64,000 bases of DNA from Cladosporium halotolerans (taxonomy: Eukaryota). Below the pieces are notes generated by a model. It had not been told where the DNA came from. It saw nothing but the letters and a program-made list of their open reading frames with translations, and made no database searches. The position numbers were made by a program, and so were the translations under genes. Numbering within the stretch: position 1 is the first letter of the stretch; the number at the start of each line of letters is the position of its first letter. Positions 25,733 through 37,538 of the stretch are shown one piece after another. The stretch covers positions 186,001 through 250,000 of the forward strand of contig NW_027191478.1 of the NCBI RefSeq assembly GCF_011745625.1, given 5' to 3'.

Positions 25733-27348
25733 ATGCTATTTCAAACATCCTGCAGACGGTTCGCCGCGCGACCGATCAGCATGCCTCTTCGCGCCAAAAT
25801 CACAAACCCTGCCATGCTCGGCAATGCCTCAAGAAATGTATGTTTTCCTGCCGCAAGACCGCCGAGTCCTGGCAGCTAACTGACGCAAGCCTTTGTAGTT
25901 CGCATCTGCCACGGACATCAAGGAGCTGCCAGGCGATGAGCCCGATGATGTTGTTTTTAGCAACAAGTATGGTGTGCGGACCGTCACCCTCAACCGACCG
26001 AAGAAACTCAACTCTCTCAATGCGAGTATGGCGCGCAAGATCGTGCCACGACTTCAAGAATGGGAAAAAAGCCAGATGGCGAATGTGATCGTCGTCAAGG
26101 GTGAGGGACGAGCTCTTTGCGCAGGCGGCGACGTCGCAGCTCTCGCTCAGGCAAACCAGACTGGCAAGGAAGGCCAGCAGTCGTCAAAGGACTACTTTGC
26201 GCTCGAATACAAGCTCGATCATCTGATCGCGACATACCCTAAGCCTTATGTGGCCTTTATGGATGGTATCACCATGGGCGGTGGAGTCGGTCTTTCCGTT
26301 CACGCACCTTTCCGCATTGCTACCGAGAACACCGTCTTCGCCATGCCCGAGACTACAATCGGTTTCTTCCCCGACGTTGGAGCGAGCTTTTTTTTGCCCA
26401 GACTGGATGGTGCGCTTGGTACCTACCTTGCTCTTACCAGCGAACAGATCAAGGGTGTCAATGTATTGTAAGTTTTGCTGCAAAAGCACCTGGGCGAGAA
26501 CTTTACTGACCCAACCTAGCTACTCCGGCATTGCTACCCACTACCTCCACTCCTCATCCCTGCCCGACCTCGAGGCCCGTCTCGGTGAGCTGCATTTCAA
26601 GGACAGCGCAACTCTTCTGGAACGTCTGACTATCATCAACTCCACCATCGAGGAGTTTACTACCGGCCTGCCTCACGATCAGCCCATCTCGGCGCCTGTT
26701 GGTGGCCTCATTCGCGGAACCATTGACTACTGTTTCGCTCCCCAACGTGACCTGGACGGCGTTCTTGACACCCTCGAGGGCGTCCATACCGGCGAGGAGA
26801 ACGAGCCTTTTATCCGAGAATGGGCTGAGAAGACCAGGGCGACCATCTTGCAACGTTCGCCCACATCCGTTCGTGTTGCTCATGAGCAGCTCCGCCGCGG
26901 ATCAGACTGGTCTATCGCCGAGACGTTCCGCCGTGAGCACGCCATGGCAGGCAAATTCATGGAGCACCCCGACTTCGTCGAAGGTGTCTCTTCTCTCCTC
27001 ATCCGCAAGCCCAGAACGACGCCTCAATGGCAGCCCTCTGAACTGAGCAAGGTCTCGAACTCGCAAGTGAGCGCTTTTTTCAACGCTGAGCCGACGCTTG
27101 AGCTCTTAAGCACTGCGGATTACATGGAGTACCCTCATGCATGGATCGGTCTGCCGAGGGAGAGCCAGGTCGAGTCTTTCGTCAACCAGAAGGGCAATGT
27201 GAGCAAAGCGGAGGTCCTTGAGCACTTCGCCAGCACCACTAACGGAAAGCTTGGTACCAAGGAGAAGGTATCGGAGATCCTGAACCGCAAGGCCAGAGAG
27301 GTGAACGGTAAGCTGTATTGGGGACAGGAAACAGAGCAATCCATCTAG
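25733..27348 (+). CDS. EHD3: 3-hydroxyisobutyryl-CoA hydrolase (HIBCH/Ehd3, crotonase fold)
   Basis: LNRPKKLNSLN, ALCAGGDV, MDGITMGGGVGL, AMPETTIGFFPDVG and DFVEGV. Introns at ~25838-25898 and ~26468-26519. In-frame ATGs at 25733 and 25781. Confidence 0.93.
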
Positions 27349-27772
27349 GAGGGTAGAGAGATTCTTGTATAGATATCTACATGTACATTGAACAAACATC
27401 GCATGCATTGAAGTACAAGAAAGAAGGATCTAGCCTAGCATTCAGCTGTCTACCAAGCAGGGCCATGGGTTTTGCCACAAAACACTCATTGACCCAAAGA
27501 CGATTCATCTGAAGACAGCAATAGTTTCGAAGCGATCTGAAAGCCAGAATTTATGTCGAGACGATACCTCGGCGAAGCAGGATACAATGTGTTTTACCCT
27601 GCGATGCTTTCGGGCCGTTCGGCAGCGTCGGACTTGAGACGCGACGTCAGCGGCCAGAATCCGCGACGCGGCAAATGTTCACGGCGCCCTGATTAAGGTT
27701 GGGAGTTTCAGCATTATTATCCGCAGAAAGAACGTGCTTGCTATCCGTCTGTGGCAATGCGTGATCTGGATC

Positions 27773-30700
27773 ATGTCACAAACAGTGGAGCAAGACGAAG
27801 AAAAGGCTAAGCCTAACAGGCCGGCAGACGGCGGTGCTCTTCTCAACACCAACACTTTCAGCGGCTCTAGCAACAACACGAAAAGAGAAAAAGATGGCGA
27901 GACCAAACCTGAAAAGAAGCGGACGCTTCTGGAGCGAGGGAAAGGGCTTTGGGCGAAGACGGGGATCACCTGGCCGATTTTCAAGCTCATGTTCAAAGGT
28001 GCGCTCGCTCCGACTATTGCAGTGGCACTCTTTCAGGCAGACGACTTCGCGAGCCACTTCTCAACCGTCGGATACTTGATCGGAATCACCTCTATCTTGT
28101 CAATGGTGATCCAGCCTCGGTCCAAGTTTCTCCAAACGATGCTGGTGAACGTCGTCTTCGTGTGCTTCGCAGCAGCCTGCGTGACGCTGGCACTGTATTG
28201 CTGCGTCCAGGCGCGCATACATTCTGGCGAGTCTGGTGCACCATCTCAAGGCGGAGCTGCGACGAGCGGTCTTGCGGCACAGGGGGCGCAGACTGCGCCG
28301 TATAATTCTTCTGCGGCTGCTGTTGCGGGCATCTGGCTAATGGTCATGGTGTACGCAATGGCAACGGTCAGGGCCGCGAAACCTCAGTTCATGATCCCGG
28401 CTATATCTGGCGCAATCATCGGGAACGTCGGCATGGTATATGCACCGCAGTTCTCTGCCTTCGTTCAGGCGGAAGCGTTCATCAAGAAGCTCCTCGAAGC
28501 TTTCCTGACCGGATTTGGCATTGGAACTGGAGTTTGTCTACTAATTTTTCCACTGACAAGTCGCACCGTCGTTTTCAATGACATGTCGGCATACATAACA
28601 GCTCTGCGATCAGCCCTAAAAGCCAACATGGACTACGTGCACAGCTTGGAGGACAACGACATGTTCACTTTTGGCCGCACTGACACCATACGCCATCGTA
28701 TCATGCACAGCCCTGAGGCGCAAGTCGTGAAGGGCAAAATGCAGGCTCTACAAGGCGCGGCTGCAAAGCTGAACACCGACCTGCCTTTCGCGAAAAGAGA
28801 AATAGCCTTGGGTAATCTTGGGCCCGGTGATCTGCAAAGCATCACCAAGCTACTGCGCCTTATCATGCTGCCCATGGTTGGACTCAGCTGTATCTCAGAT
28901 ATCTTCGAGAGGATTGCTGAAGATCGGGGTTGGGTGTCGGTACCTTTCGACGACAGCGTTCCTTTGAGTGGTACAACCTTGGGAGATCTTACGAAAAGGC
29001 GCGCAGTCTTGGAATGGCATGAGCTCATGAGAGCCCTGCGAGAGCCCTTCCAGGAAATGGCCGATATCATCGATGAAGGTCTAGAGCATGCCATCATCGA
29101 TCTACGGTTGTCCAAGCAAAAGAAAACAACGGCGAACGACTCGGAGTCAAAGGGTGATCGACCTAAGCCTGGCGAGGCTGGATTCGCCGAGTACCTCAAC
29201 CAGCGAACGAAATCATTCCACGGACGTAGACAGGAAATGCTCCGTGCTTGGTGCCGCGTAAGAGGGATCGAACTCCCAGACGACTTTTTCACCAATCCCG
29301 AGGCGATGAAGAATTTCCAGGACCCGGACTGGCTCAAGCTAGATTTCGATCCTGCGCTTAGAGCACGCAGCCGGCGTCAGCTCTACATCTGTCTGTATAT
29401 GGACTACCTGTTATGGTCCATTGGTCGGAGGGTCTACGATCTCGTCGCGTTCGCTGAGACTGCTCGAGTGACAGGCAAGCTGCAGAAGAAACGATTGATC
29501 GTGCCTGGCTCTAAGACACTCAAGAAATGGATCTTCAGCTTCTTTCAGCCGGATGCAGACGCCTCTGAGAACCACCAGATGGAGGGCAGTGACCAGATGA
29601 CTAAGGTCCATCTAGGCTCCGCATTTTCGAAAAGAAAAGACCCAATGCATCTTCCTCCACAAAATGCCTGGGAGCGCATTGGCGAGCGTATCCGCAAGCT
29701 GGCGCAATTCTTCAGTTCTCCAGAGTCGGTATTCGGCGCTCGTGTCGCAATTGCAACCATGTGCATCGCAGTGGTTGCATTTTTACATGATACGCAGGTG
29801 TTCTACACACGCAACAGGATCTTTTGGGCTCAAATCATGACTTCAATAGGGATGCAACCTTCGGCCGGGCAAAGTCTACGGACTTCGTTCTTTCGCATCA
29901 TCGGCACTGCTCTTTTCATGGTTGCAGCCTACATATGCTGGTATATTGTCGACGGAGAGGTGCCTGGAGTGATAGTCTTCTATTTCATATTCCTGCATAT
30001 CGGACCTTGGATCATTCTGAAGCATCCCCCTTATACAACGCTGGGAGTCATTGGACCAATCACTATGACCCTCATTCTCGGCTACGAACTTCAAGTGCTG
30101 AAGATCGGCGTCGAAGTGGCTCAGTCAAATGGGCAAGCATATCAGCCTGTCTACCTCTTGGGCCCAATTCGTCTTGCCACGGTCATCGGCGGCCTCTTCC
30201 TCGGCTGGATTTGGACCATCTTCCCATACCCAGTCTCGGAACACGCAGAGCTCCGCAAGAGTCTGGGGTCATCGCTGTACCTCCTTGCAAATTATTACTC
30301 GGTCATGCACGAAACGGTCCGCGCACGCATCCGTGGCATCGAAGACGACCCTACCTCTAAAGGCTCCGTGAGCCAACGCCTCGAGAAAGCCCGCCGCACC
30401 ATTTTCGGCAAATGCAACCTTCTTCTTTCGGGAATGCGCACCAGAACCGGCTTCATCAAATTCGACATCCCACTGGGCGGAAAGTTCCCGAAGGAAAAGT
30501 ACAAGACCATCATTGAGGAGATGCAGAGCATGCTAAACTTCATGGCGCTGGTCAGCTACGCCTCGACTTCTTTCCAAGACCTTCAAAGCCAGCCAGGCGA
30601 TAGCGAGCACCAGCTAGAATGGCTGAACACGTTCCGGAAACTGATCGGCGAGACGAACGTGACGTCCCAAGCGATTTCATCATTACTGACGCTCATGTCT

Positions 30701-31030
30701 TCGTCGGTCGCAAACGGCCAGCCTCTGCCGCCTTACCTCCGTGTGCCTGAGCCATTCCGCTACACGGAAAGGCTGGACGAAATGGACAAGGACTTGCTCA
30801 GTGTGAAGCACATAGCAGAGCCGGGCTATGCTAGTTTTGCCGTCACGCAATTGGGCACGAAGTGCGTGATTGACGACTTGAAGAAGCTGTTGGAAGACGT
30901 GAAAGACTTAGTCGGCGAGCTGGACTTTTCGTACCATGTTGTGTCAACTGCTGATTCTCAAGAGTCCGAGGAGACACTGACCTACGGCGCGAATGACGGA
31001 ACCGCAAGCGGCGCAAAGAAAACAGATTGA
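27773..31030 (+). CDS. Large ArAE/FUSC-like membrane transporter (fungal ER-transporter 6TM type)
   Basis: Intronless ORF of about 1085 aa with two hydrophobic clusters (MFKGALAPTIA...; FGARVAIAT...RIIGT...WTIFPYP) and motifs KDPMHLPPQNAWER and GGKFPKEKY. Confidence 0.8.
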   Translation: MSQTVEQDEEKAKPNRPADGGALLNTNTFSGSSNNTKREKDGETKPEKKRTLLERGKGLWAKTGITWPIFKLMFKGALAPTIAVALFQADDFASHFSTVGYLIGITSILSMVIQPRSKFLQTMLVNVVFVCFAAACVTLALYCCVQARIHSGESGAPSQGGAATSGLAAQGAQTAPYNSSAAAVAGIWLMVMVYAMATVRAAKPQFMIPAISGAIIGNVGMVYAPQFSAFVQAEAFIKKLLEAFLTGFGIGTGVCLLIFPLTSRTVVFNDMSAYITALRSALKANMDYVHSLEDNDMFTFGRTDTIRHRIMHSPEAQVVKGKMQALQGAAAKLNTDLPFAKREIALGNLGPGDLQSITKLLRLIMLPMVGLSCISDIFERIAEDRGWVSVPFDDSVPLSGTTLGDLTKRRAVLEWHELMRALREPFQEMADIIDEGLEHAIIDLRLSKQKKTTANDSESKGDRPKPGEAGFAEYLNQRTKSFHGRRQEMLRAWCRVRGIELPDDFFTNPEAMKNFQDPDWLKLDFDPALRARSRRQLYICLYMDYLLWSIGRRVYDLVAFAETARVTGKLQKKRLIVPGSKTLKKWIFSFFQPDADASENHQMEGSDQMTKVHLGSAFSKRKDPMHLPPQNAWERIGERIRKLAQFFSSPESVFGARVAIATMCIAVVAFLHDTQVFYTRNRIFWAQIMTSIGMQPSAGQSLRTSFFRIIGTALFMVAAYICWYIVDGEVPGVIVFYFIFLHIGPWIILKHPPYTTLGVIGPITMTLILGYELQVLKIGVEVAQSNGQAYQPVYLLGPIRLATVIGGLFLGWIWTIFPYPVSEHAELRKSLGSSLYLLANYYSVMHETVRARIRGIEDDPTSKGSVSQRLEKARRTIFGKCNLLLSGMRTRTGFIKFDIPLGGKFPKEKYKTIIEEMQSMLNFMALVSYASTSFQDLQSQPGDSEHQLEWLNTFRKLIGETNVTSQAISSLLTLMSSSVANGQPLPPYLRVPEPFRYTERLDEMDKDLLSVKHIAEPGYASFAVTQLGTKCVIDDLKKLLEDVKDLVGELDFSYHVVSTADSQESEETLTYGANDGTASGAKKTD

Positions 31031-31151
31031 TTGATCGGCTCACGTGGCGCATCCGATCTGTAAAATACATGACAATTAGCATGTATCGATTTAGCGATCT
31101 TTAAGCGTCTTCCAATACCAACACCCGACGATCCAGGCGTCACAGGGATAT

Positions 31152-32150
31152 TTATTCTTTCGTCTTATCATCCAACCCTGTCTCGACTTTCATGACTCCT
31201 TCTGCGATATCAAAGTCTGCCAAATCAATCTCCCCACCGTCTTGCCTCTCCAGGGCAGTATCAACAGCCGCTCCAGGTTTCTGCAACTCTTGAATCGCCT
31301 TCTGCACAATTTCCGTTATCAACACGCACAGCTCATCGACGCCCATCTTGATCAAGGTGTTACTTGGCATCGGCGTGTTACCATCCACCTGACTCTGATA
31401 GCCGGCCATACGAGCGTGCGGGACAATCCCCGCCAGCGGTGTTCCGAGCGCTGGATCGACGGCCTCAGGAGCAGGCGTGCAGACTCTGGAGCTCACGAAC
31501 TGTGGCTCAGTTGGCAATATCTGCATCGACCGGGATTGTACGTGCTGGCCTGGCGGTGGTGTGGGGGCCACCATGAAGTTCGGGGCACTGGTTGGTGGGT
31601 GCTGCATGGTGGCATGCCTGAAGTGGAATCGGTGTTGAGGCGGTGGCACGTGGTGTAGAGAGCGTTCGTAGGGCCGAACGCGGCTCTGCTTGATCCTTTT
31701 ACTGCCTCTTGGTGCTCCGAGTTTGTGGCCGTCGCGGTGGAAGAACATCGGTACGTCTGGTTGTGGCATTTGATGCAAAAAGGAAAGGTCTGGTGGCTCT
31801 GAGACTGAGCGACGACGACAATCCTGGAACCCAAGTGGAGATGGGATGTATGGCGGATTCATAGGATGCTCGATTGACTCGAAGTAAGGAGATACTGGCG
31901 TAGAGCTCGGGTCGGCAGGATAGACGTCGGGGTTGTAGTTCGGCGTGAGAGGTGGGCCAGGGATGAAGGACGGCGAGCCGGCCTTGCTGAGGTTCTGTGG
32001 GTCAACACAGCTCTCGTCCAGGTTTTCGAACGTTGAATTAAATTCTGAGATGGCTGACAGGTCGACATCGTCACCGCCGTCAGCTTCGATGTCGAAGGGA
32101 CCTGAAATTCTGGTGTCGGAGAGCGGGAAATGCGCAACATCACAAGTCAT
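31152..32150 (-). CDS. Hypothetical Pro/Ser-rich, probably disordered protein
   Basis: 332-aa ORF with ACCATG start context and RRRSVSEP phosphosite-like motif. No recognisable domain. Confidence 0.6.
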   Translation of the reverse strand: MTCDVAHFPLSDTRISGPFDIEADGGDDVDLSAISEFNSTFENLDESCVDPQNLSKAGSPSFIPGPPLTPNYNPDVYPADPSSTPVSPYFESIEHPMNPPYIPSPLGFQDCRRRSVSEPPDLSFLHQMPQPDVPMFFHRDGHKLGAPRGSKRIKQSRVRPYERSLHHVPPPQHRFHFRHATMQHPPTSAPNFMVAPTPPPGQHVQSRSMQILPTEPQFVSSRVCTPAPEAVDPALGTPLAGIVPHARMAGYQSQVDGNTPMPSNTLIKMGVDELCVLITEIVQKAIQELQKPGAAVDTALERQDGGEIDLADFDIAEGVMKVETGLDDKTKE

Positions 32151-32731
32151 GGTGATAGAAGTGAGTGGGATGAGGACGATGCTGTCGATTCGGATCTTGT
32201 GTTACCTGAAAGCAGTAGATTACAGTATTATACATAGTGTGCGAACAGTCGTTCGCAGGGGCGTTCGCAGCACACCGCTGCGCAGATTCTCATGCTTGCA
32301 CAGCTGGCGTGAGACATGCTTGAATGCAGACTTCCAAGATGCATGCCGATGAAACGGATGAGTGGTGCCTTGCGGGAAACTAGTCGGTCGCAGAAAGGCC
32401 CGACAAGTGGTGTCGCTCCGGCCAATGGTAGCACAGAGCCGTGGCAGACGGAAGCCTGCATGGCGCGAACTGCAGTTCAGAAGCGAGACACGCAGATGTT
32501 CGCATACATGAAGGTGAGGTGTGCCTGCTTTCCCGAGATTTGGGCATCCGTGTGTTCCAGTAGTGGTGTAGGTCCCCAAAAGCCTCAGTGTCGGGGCTTC
32601 GTTTGTATCTTGTCCAACTCGCATTTAGAAGAACATGCAGATCATTATCCGACATTGCGGTGCTCCGCCAAAATACACCGTGTAAGCTTGCTGTTCTAAT
32701 GGTGCAGCAATTCTAAGCGACGTGAATCTTG

Positions 32732-33247
32732 TCACTCGTCGTCATCCGTGTTCTTTCTCCAATGCCACACCTCATAGATCTGATCCATGATGATGTCCGC
32801 AAAGCCCTTGCCAACGTCAAGAGCATCTTGAGTCTCTCTATTCCTCTCCTGAGCCCATTTGGCCTGTGTGCTAGCTTCAACCTGATCAGCAATGCCGGCC
32901 CTCTCTTTCTGCGCTCTCAGCGCCTCCTGTCTCTCCATTCGGACAGCATCCGAGACCCGCATCTGCGACTCATCCGTTTGCATGCTCTCTTTCGTCAGAA
33001 CAGGCGGTCTGTAGCCCGTGACATGCTGCTGGATCGAGCGGCCAGTGTATTCGCGGACAAGGTAGTTCGTGGAGAAGAGCGTGGTTATGCCTAAGCCCGC
33101 AGTGAAGAAGTCTAATTTCCTAGGAGGAGCCAGTGCGAGCAGAGGACATGCTACCGCCGTGAGTAATGCAGTGTTGTGGAGTGTCTTCGCATAGTTGACG
33201 GTTTCGGTAGCAGTGGGCTTTCTCTGCGGCTCTTGTGGGTGGGACAT
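32732..33247 (-). CDS. Small hypothetical membrane protein
   Basis: 171-aa ORF with a hydrophobic hairpin around APPRKLD, a helical C-terminus and IIMDQIYEVW. Confidence 0.7.
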   Translation of the reverse strand: MSHPQEPQRKPTATETVNYAKTLHNTALLTAVACPLLALAPPRKLDFFTAGLGITTLFSTNYLVREYTGRSIQQHVTGYRPPVLTKESMQTDESQMRVSDAVRMERQEALRAQKERAGIADQVEASTQAKWAQERNRETQDALDVGKGFADIIMDQIYEVWHWRKNTDDDE

Positions 33248-33717
33248 CGTGGATGGTGTGACAGAACTGCAGAAATGAATTCCGGACAGATGAACACGAC
33301 AATGCGTGATGTGTCGTCTCGCCGGAGGTGTTTCTCCTGAAGAGACGCGTATTACTCCAGATGAACGCCGTCGCGATCAGCGCTCAATGCCCATATCGAA
33401 GTCGTCTCCATGGCGTCACGAAAAAGGTCGCGGAGCGGGCGTCGGGCATGCCTCCCCGATATTTGTGGCCACCTCCTCTCTGAATAATCTTATGTCAAGC
33501 TCGTAATATTCATCGGAAGCGCATGTTCGGGTCAAAAGTCAATGCATTCGAATCTTCTTTGCCTCGCAAGTTCGAATCATCAACCATTCCAGACCTCTTT
33601 CAGACCTCAGATATTCAGTCCTGGCAATTACCCCATTTGATCTCTTCTTAAATTTGATAGTTATATATTATACAATCTTGCCCCTGACATCATCCAAGTC
33701 AAGAAATGGCTCGTTTC

Positions 33718-33818
33718 GGCGTTGTAACAAAGTGGTTACTGTGTTTGACTCGAACGGCTGGAAACATGCCCGATATCAAATCCCTTCGGGGGCGCAGGTT
33801 CGAATCCTGCCAGCGTCG
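33718..33818 (+). tRNA. tRNA-Ser(CGA) with 20-nt intron (33755-33774)
   Basis: Acceptor stem GGCGTTG/CAGCGTC, anticodon stem TTTGA/TCAAA with CGA at 33751-33753, long variable arm CCCTTCGGGG, T arm GCAGG-TTCGAAT-CCTGC, discriminator G and a T-run terminator. Confidence 0.93.
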
Positions 33819-34268
33819 TTTTTTTTTTCTGCGTGCAATCTGAAGCAATTTCCGGGTCTTGGACCTATCTCAAAACTCATTCTAATACAAAAGGTGGTCA
33901 GACGTACTTTTTTCCGACTACAGCAGTTTCCGAGCAGTCTCCTGAGAGATTCGACAACGCAGTAGCATTTCATTTCTAGCATCAGCATGAACGTTCAGCG
34001 ACTTTGGTCTTCATTTTAAGGGATATTTTACATTTTCCATGGCCAAAACAACTGTCTGCCCTCGGTGTGCTTCTAAAGTGAGATCGTCTGGTCTTCACAA
34101 AGAAAGTCGTCAGGTCTAAAGTCTATGACTACTGATTATTGATGGCAACATGCCGGGAAACAATAATCACAAAATACCAAGCTGGCAATGGACCTTGTTA
34201 AACGGATATGCGAGGATATGTGCTATTTGTTCGCTTCCGAGCGCTTTCACGTCCATGAAACACAGCGA

Positions 34269-35494
34269 TTAGTTTAGGCCAAAGTCACGCCTGACCGTAC
34301 GACCTTCCGCTTTAATCGAGACCTTGAACACCTTGTAGCCATTGAAGATGTAGATTCCGCCGGGGACGAAAGCAAGGTTGTTGCTGCCCCCAGACACGGC
34401 GAACTTGCCAATCAGCACGCCCTCCGGATTCCATCTGAGGGGAGGTCAGCTATAGGCTCAGAGAAACAATGATGATGCGAGGGAACAAAGGAAGACTTAC
34501 ACATCAACACCATCTCCGCTTCCACAGGACGAGTACACGTTGCCCATCGTGTCCGTGTGGATTCCATCCGGGAAGCCTCTGGAGGCGTACGCGAAGACCT
34601 GGCGGTTCTTTAGCCTCTTGCCGTCTTCGGTAATGTCGAAGCGGTAGATGGTGGCCGGGTCTGTTTGGTTGTCTTTGCCGGGGAAGGTGTGGACGCCCGT
34701 GTCTGTGACGTAGACGTGCTTGAAGTCAGGGCTGCATGAAAGGGTTAGTATCGAATGATGGTTTATTGGCCTCTAAGGGCAACATACCTGAACTCGATGC
34801 CGTTGGGCGCAATGAAATCGTCCGCGACAGCCTGGACTACACCAGTCTTCGGCTCAAATCTGTATACTTGCGGCCGGATCACTGGTTCCGGGCGGAAGTA
34901 CTGCCAGTAGCCGTAGCGGGCATCGGTGAACCACAGGTCGCCGGTATGGTAGTGCTGCGTGACATCGTTGAGACTGGAGAAGTTGCGGCCGTAGAAGCTG
35001 TTCAAAAGCACGCGGCTTTCGTTTGTCGCTGGGTTCGCCAACGTGAGTCTAGAAGCGTTGTAGAAGTCGCCCTCATCGGCAAAGACAATCTGCTGGCCCT
35101 CGCTGCTGTTGGGCGATGAGCCCACAGGGTAGAAGGCTGCGCCACCGTTGGCTTCTGCGAGGTTGGGGTAGCGGATGGATGTGATTTCATTGTCTCGGTT
35201 GATATCGATTGCGGTGACATTGATCGGGTTGTCGAAAGAGCCATTCCAGTTGCTGGTAGCGTAGAGCAGCCCTGTCTCGATGTTGTAGACGCCAGCCTCG
35301 TGGAATGCTTCCCAGGATGTCTCGGCGACTAATTGCTGAGAGGCGTTGTGGCCTAGGACGCCATTCAAGAACTCATCGGAATAGGAGATGAAGGAGACAT
35401 GGTCGCTCGATGCATTGGCGATGGCAGTAAGCTCGTTTGCATAAGGGATGCTGGCCGCCAGGCTCAGGACATCCACATGTGTGATGTTGACCAT
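34269..35494 (-). CDS. SMP-30/gluconolactonase/LRE family beta-propeller protein
   Basis: FHEAGVY, FSSLNDV, LWFTD, APNGIEF|SPD, GFPDGIHTDTMGNVY and WNPEGVLIGK across two introns. The start is uncertain. Confidence 0.85.
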
Positions 35495-35986
35495 GAAGGG
35501 AGAGAAAACGAGTCGATTTGGGATCTAACAGCCCGAGTAATAATGTATGAGAAGGTCGACGGGATGAATATTGCCAATGGCTCCTCATGCACCGGCTATT
35601 AGCAATATATACCTTACCATTTCTCAAAACCTACCGGCAACATCGGCGTTTGCGACGGTCTACAAAATTCTCACCGCGTCATCTCATAGACGGTGCTGGT
35701 TTAGCCAGGTACGGTCTACCTCGATCAGGTAGATGTTGGACATGGTGCGGAGAGCCTCGAAGCTTGAAAAGTGGAGTCTCCACGCTTCGGCAGAGTCAAG
35801 TGAGGAGATCGGGCCTGCATTCTCCCTAGTGGCTTTCACTGGGCATGGGCCCTTCCTAGGAGCATGGCAAGGCGCATACGCGGATGTCATCTGAAGAGCC
35901 ACGCAAGTCTTGTAATAATGATTGAGATCGTTTCTATGTGATTTTGTATCTACACTTCGGGGTATCATTCGCCGAATCTGACCTGC

Positions 35987-37207
35987 TCAACTGGAATAGC
36001 TAATCTCCAACCCAACATTCCCCAGCACCTGATCCTTCTTCCTGAGATTGAATCCAGCCCCGACGCCAACAAGCAGCTCCTTCACCCTCGTCTCCCATAA
36101 CACGGTAGCCTTGCCATCGATCCCGAGACGAGCCTTCAGCACACCTTGAGCGTCGTCCTGCCGTTCGACAAAGTCGCTGCTTATGAAGCCATTGTCATCG
36201 ACCACAGGCGCAACCTTGGTCTGCCACTCACGCCGAAGCATGCTCCTCGCCCAAGCAGTGTCTAGATCGCGCTTCCAGAGCTCAAGGCCGACAGACACAT
36301 CGCTTTCGTAGCTGTAGACATTGAAGTCGAAGCGTGAGCACAGGGCAAGGTTTCTCCCTGCTTTGACCGCGTAACTCGAGTTCAAGCTTCCCATCAGCGG
36401 GTTGACCGTCAAAGTCATGGTGTACGGGAAGCCGGTGTGAACGGGCAGCGTGGTGAAACGGAGCCCGGTGCTCAGCCCCCCGCTCTTGTTGACTGGGCTG
36501 AAGTACAACTCGCCTCCCACGCTCAAGCGACCGCTCTGGTGGTCCCAGGGATGGGAAGGCGGTCTGGTTGAAGGCTGATGTTCAGGATATCGAGGATCGT
36601 ACCCGAAGTTGTAGAGTCCACGGAAACCGAACAAAGCAGCATCGGTGGAGAATAGATACTCGGTTGAGTACTTGCCGTAATCGTTTTGCAGCTGGGAGAG
36701 TGCTGTACCACCGCTAGGTAATGACGAATCCAAGACAGTATTCAGCCGGAAGAGGCGAGTCGGACTGATGCGACGGAGATAGAGTGCTTCCAAGGTGCTT
36801 GTAGGGAGGTAGAACCTGCCGTAGAGCAGCGTGTCGCGAGTATCAATCCGCTTGCCACGGTGCCATATCTCCCATTGCCAACCTTCCTCCGGCTTTTGTA
36901 GCTCCTGGAGATGCCTGTACCCTCTCACCAAGTGACCCAGCGGCAGATCGTTGCTTTTGCTGGCGACTTGCAAGCCCAGACTGGAGAAGAGGAAGCTGAA
37001 TGATCCATCTACCACACCCTTACTCCCGAGGGTATAGCTCGTCGCGAAGTTCGGGCTCGAGAGTGAAGAGACATGAAGACGGACACCATGCGGAGTGCGG
37101 AAGTCAAGCAGGTTGTTGGATGTGGTCAAGGACGCGTAGCTGTTGTCTACGTTCCAGCGCGACGCGGCGTAGAAGGCGGACTGGACGTAGTCCATGAACT
37201 CCAGCAT
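35987..37207 (-). CDS. MDM10: Mitochondrial distribution and morphology protein 10 (ERMES/SAM beta-barrel)
   Basis: MLEFMDYVQSAFYAASRWNVDNSY, TLLYGRFYLP, CSRFDFNVYSYES and C-terminal GLEISYSS. Confidence 0.95.
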   Translation of the reverse strand: MLEFMDYVQSAFYAASRWNVDNSYASLTTSNNLLDFRTPHGVRLHVSSLSSPNFATSYTLGSKGVVDGSFSFLFSSLGLQVASKSNDLPLGHLVRGYRHLQELQKPEEGWQWEIWHRGKRIDTRDTLLYGRFYLPTSTLEALYLRRISPTRLFRLNTVLDSSLPSGGTALSQLQNDYGKYSTEYLFSTDAALFGFRGLYNFGYDPRYPEHQPSTRPPSHPWDHQSGRLSVGGELYFSPVNKSGGLSTGLRFTTLPVHTGFPYTMTLTVNPLMGSLNSSYAVKAGRNLALCSRFDFNVYSYESDVSVGLELWKRDLDTAWARSMLRREWQTKVAPVVDDNGFISSDFVERQDDAQGVLKARLGIDGKATVLWETRVKELLVGVGAGFNLRKKDQVLGNVGLEISYSS

Positions 37208-37538
37208 CGTGTATGAGATCCTGCCATGTTCACCGTTGCATTTTTGGAAGGGCTCCCGCTCGAGGCAGGAAATCAAGGCTCGTGTTTCACGCGATTGCCG
37301 ACTGGCAGCCAAAGCCACAACTCTCCCACGCTCCGGCCGGCTTTCGCGAGGCCAGGACCCTGGGCCTGGGAGTGGGGCGGATCACTTTCCGCGCGCATCT
37401 GCAAGCGCAAGCCGACCTGAGCCCAAATTTCTTTGCGACCAGCCAGACGGTCGATATCTTTTTTCCGGGACCAATTCAGCACTACTCTCAAATACACCGC
37501 CAACACAGCTAGTCGACAGCTAGCACACCACCGCAACC

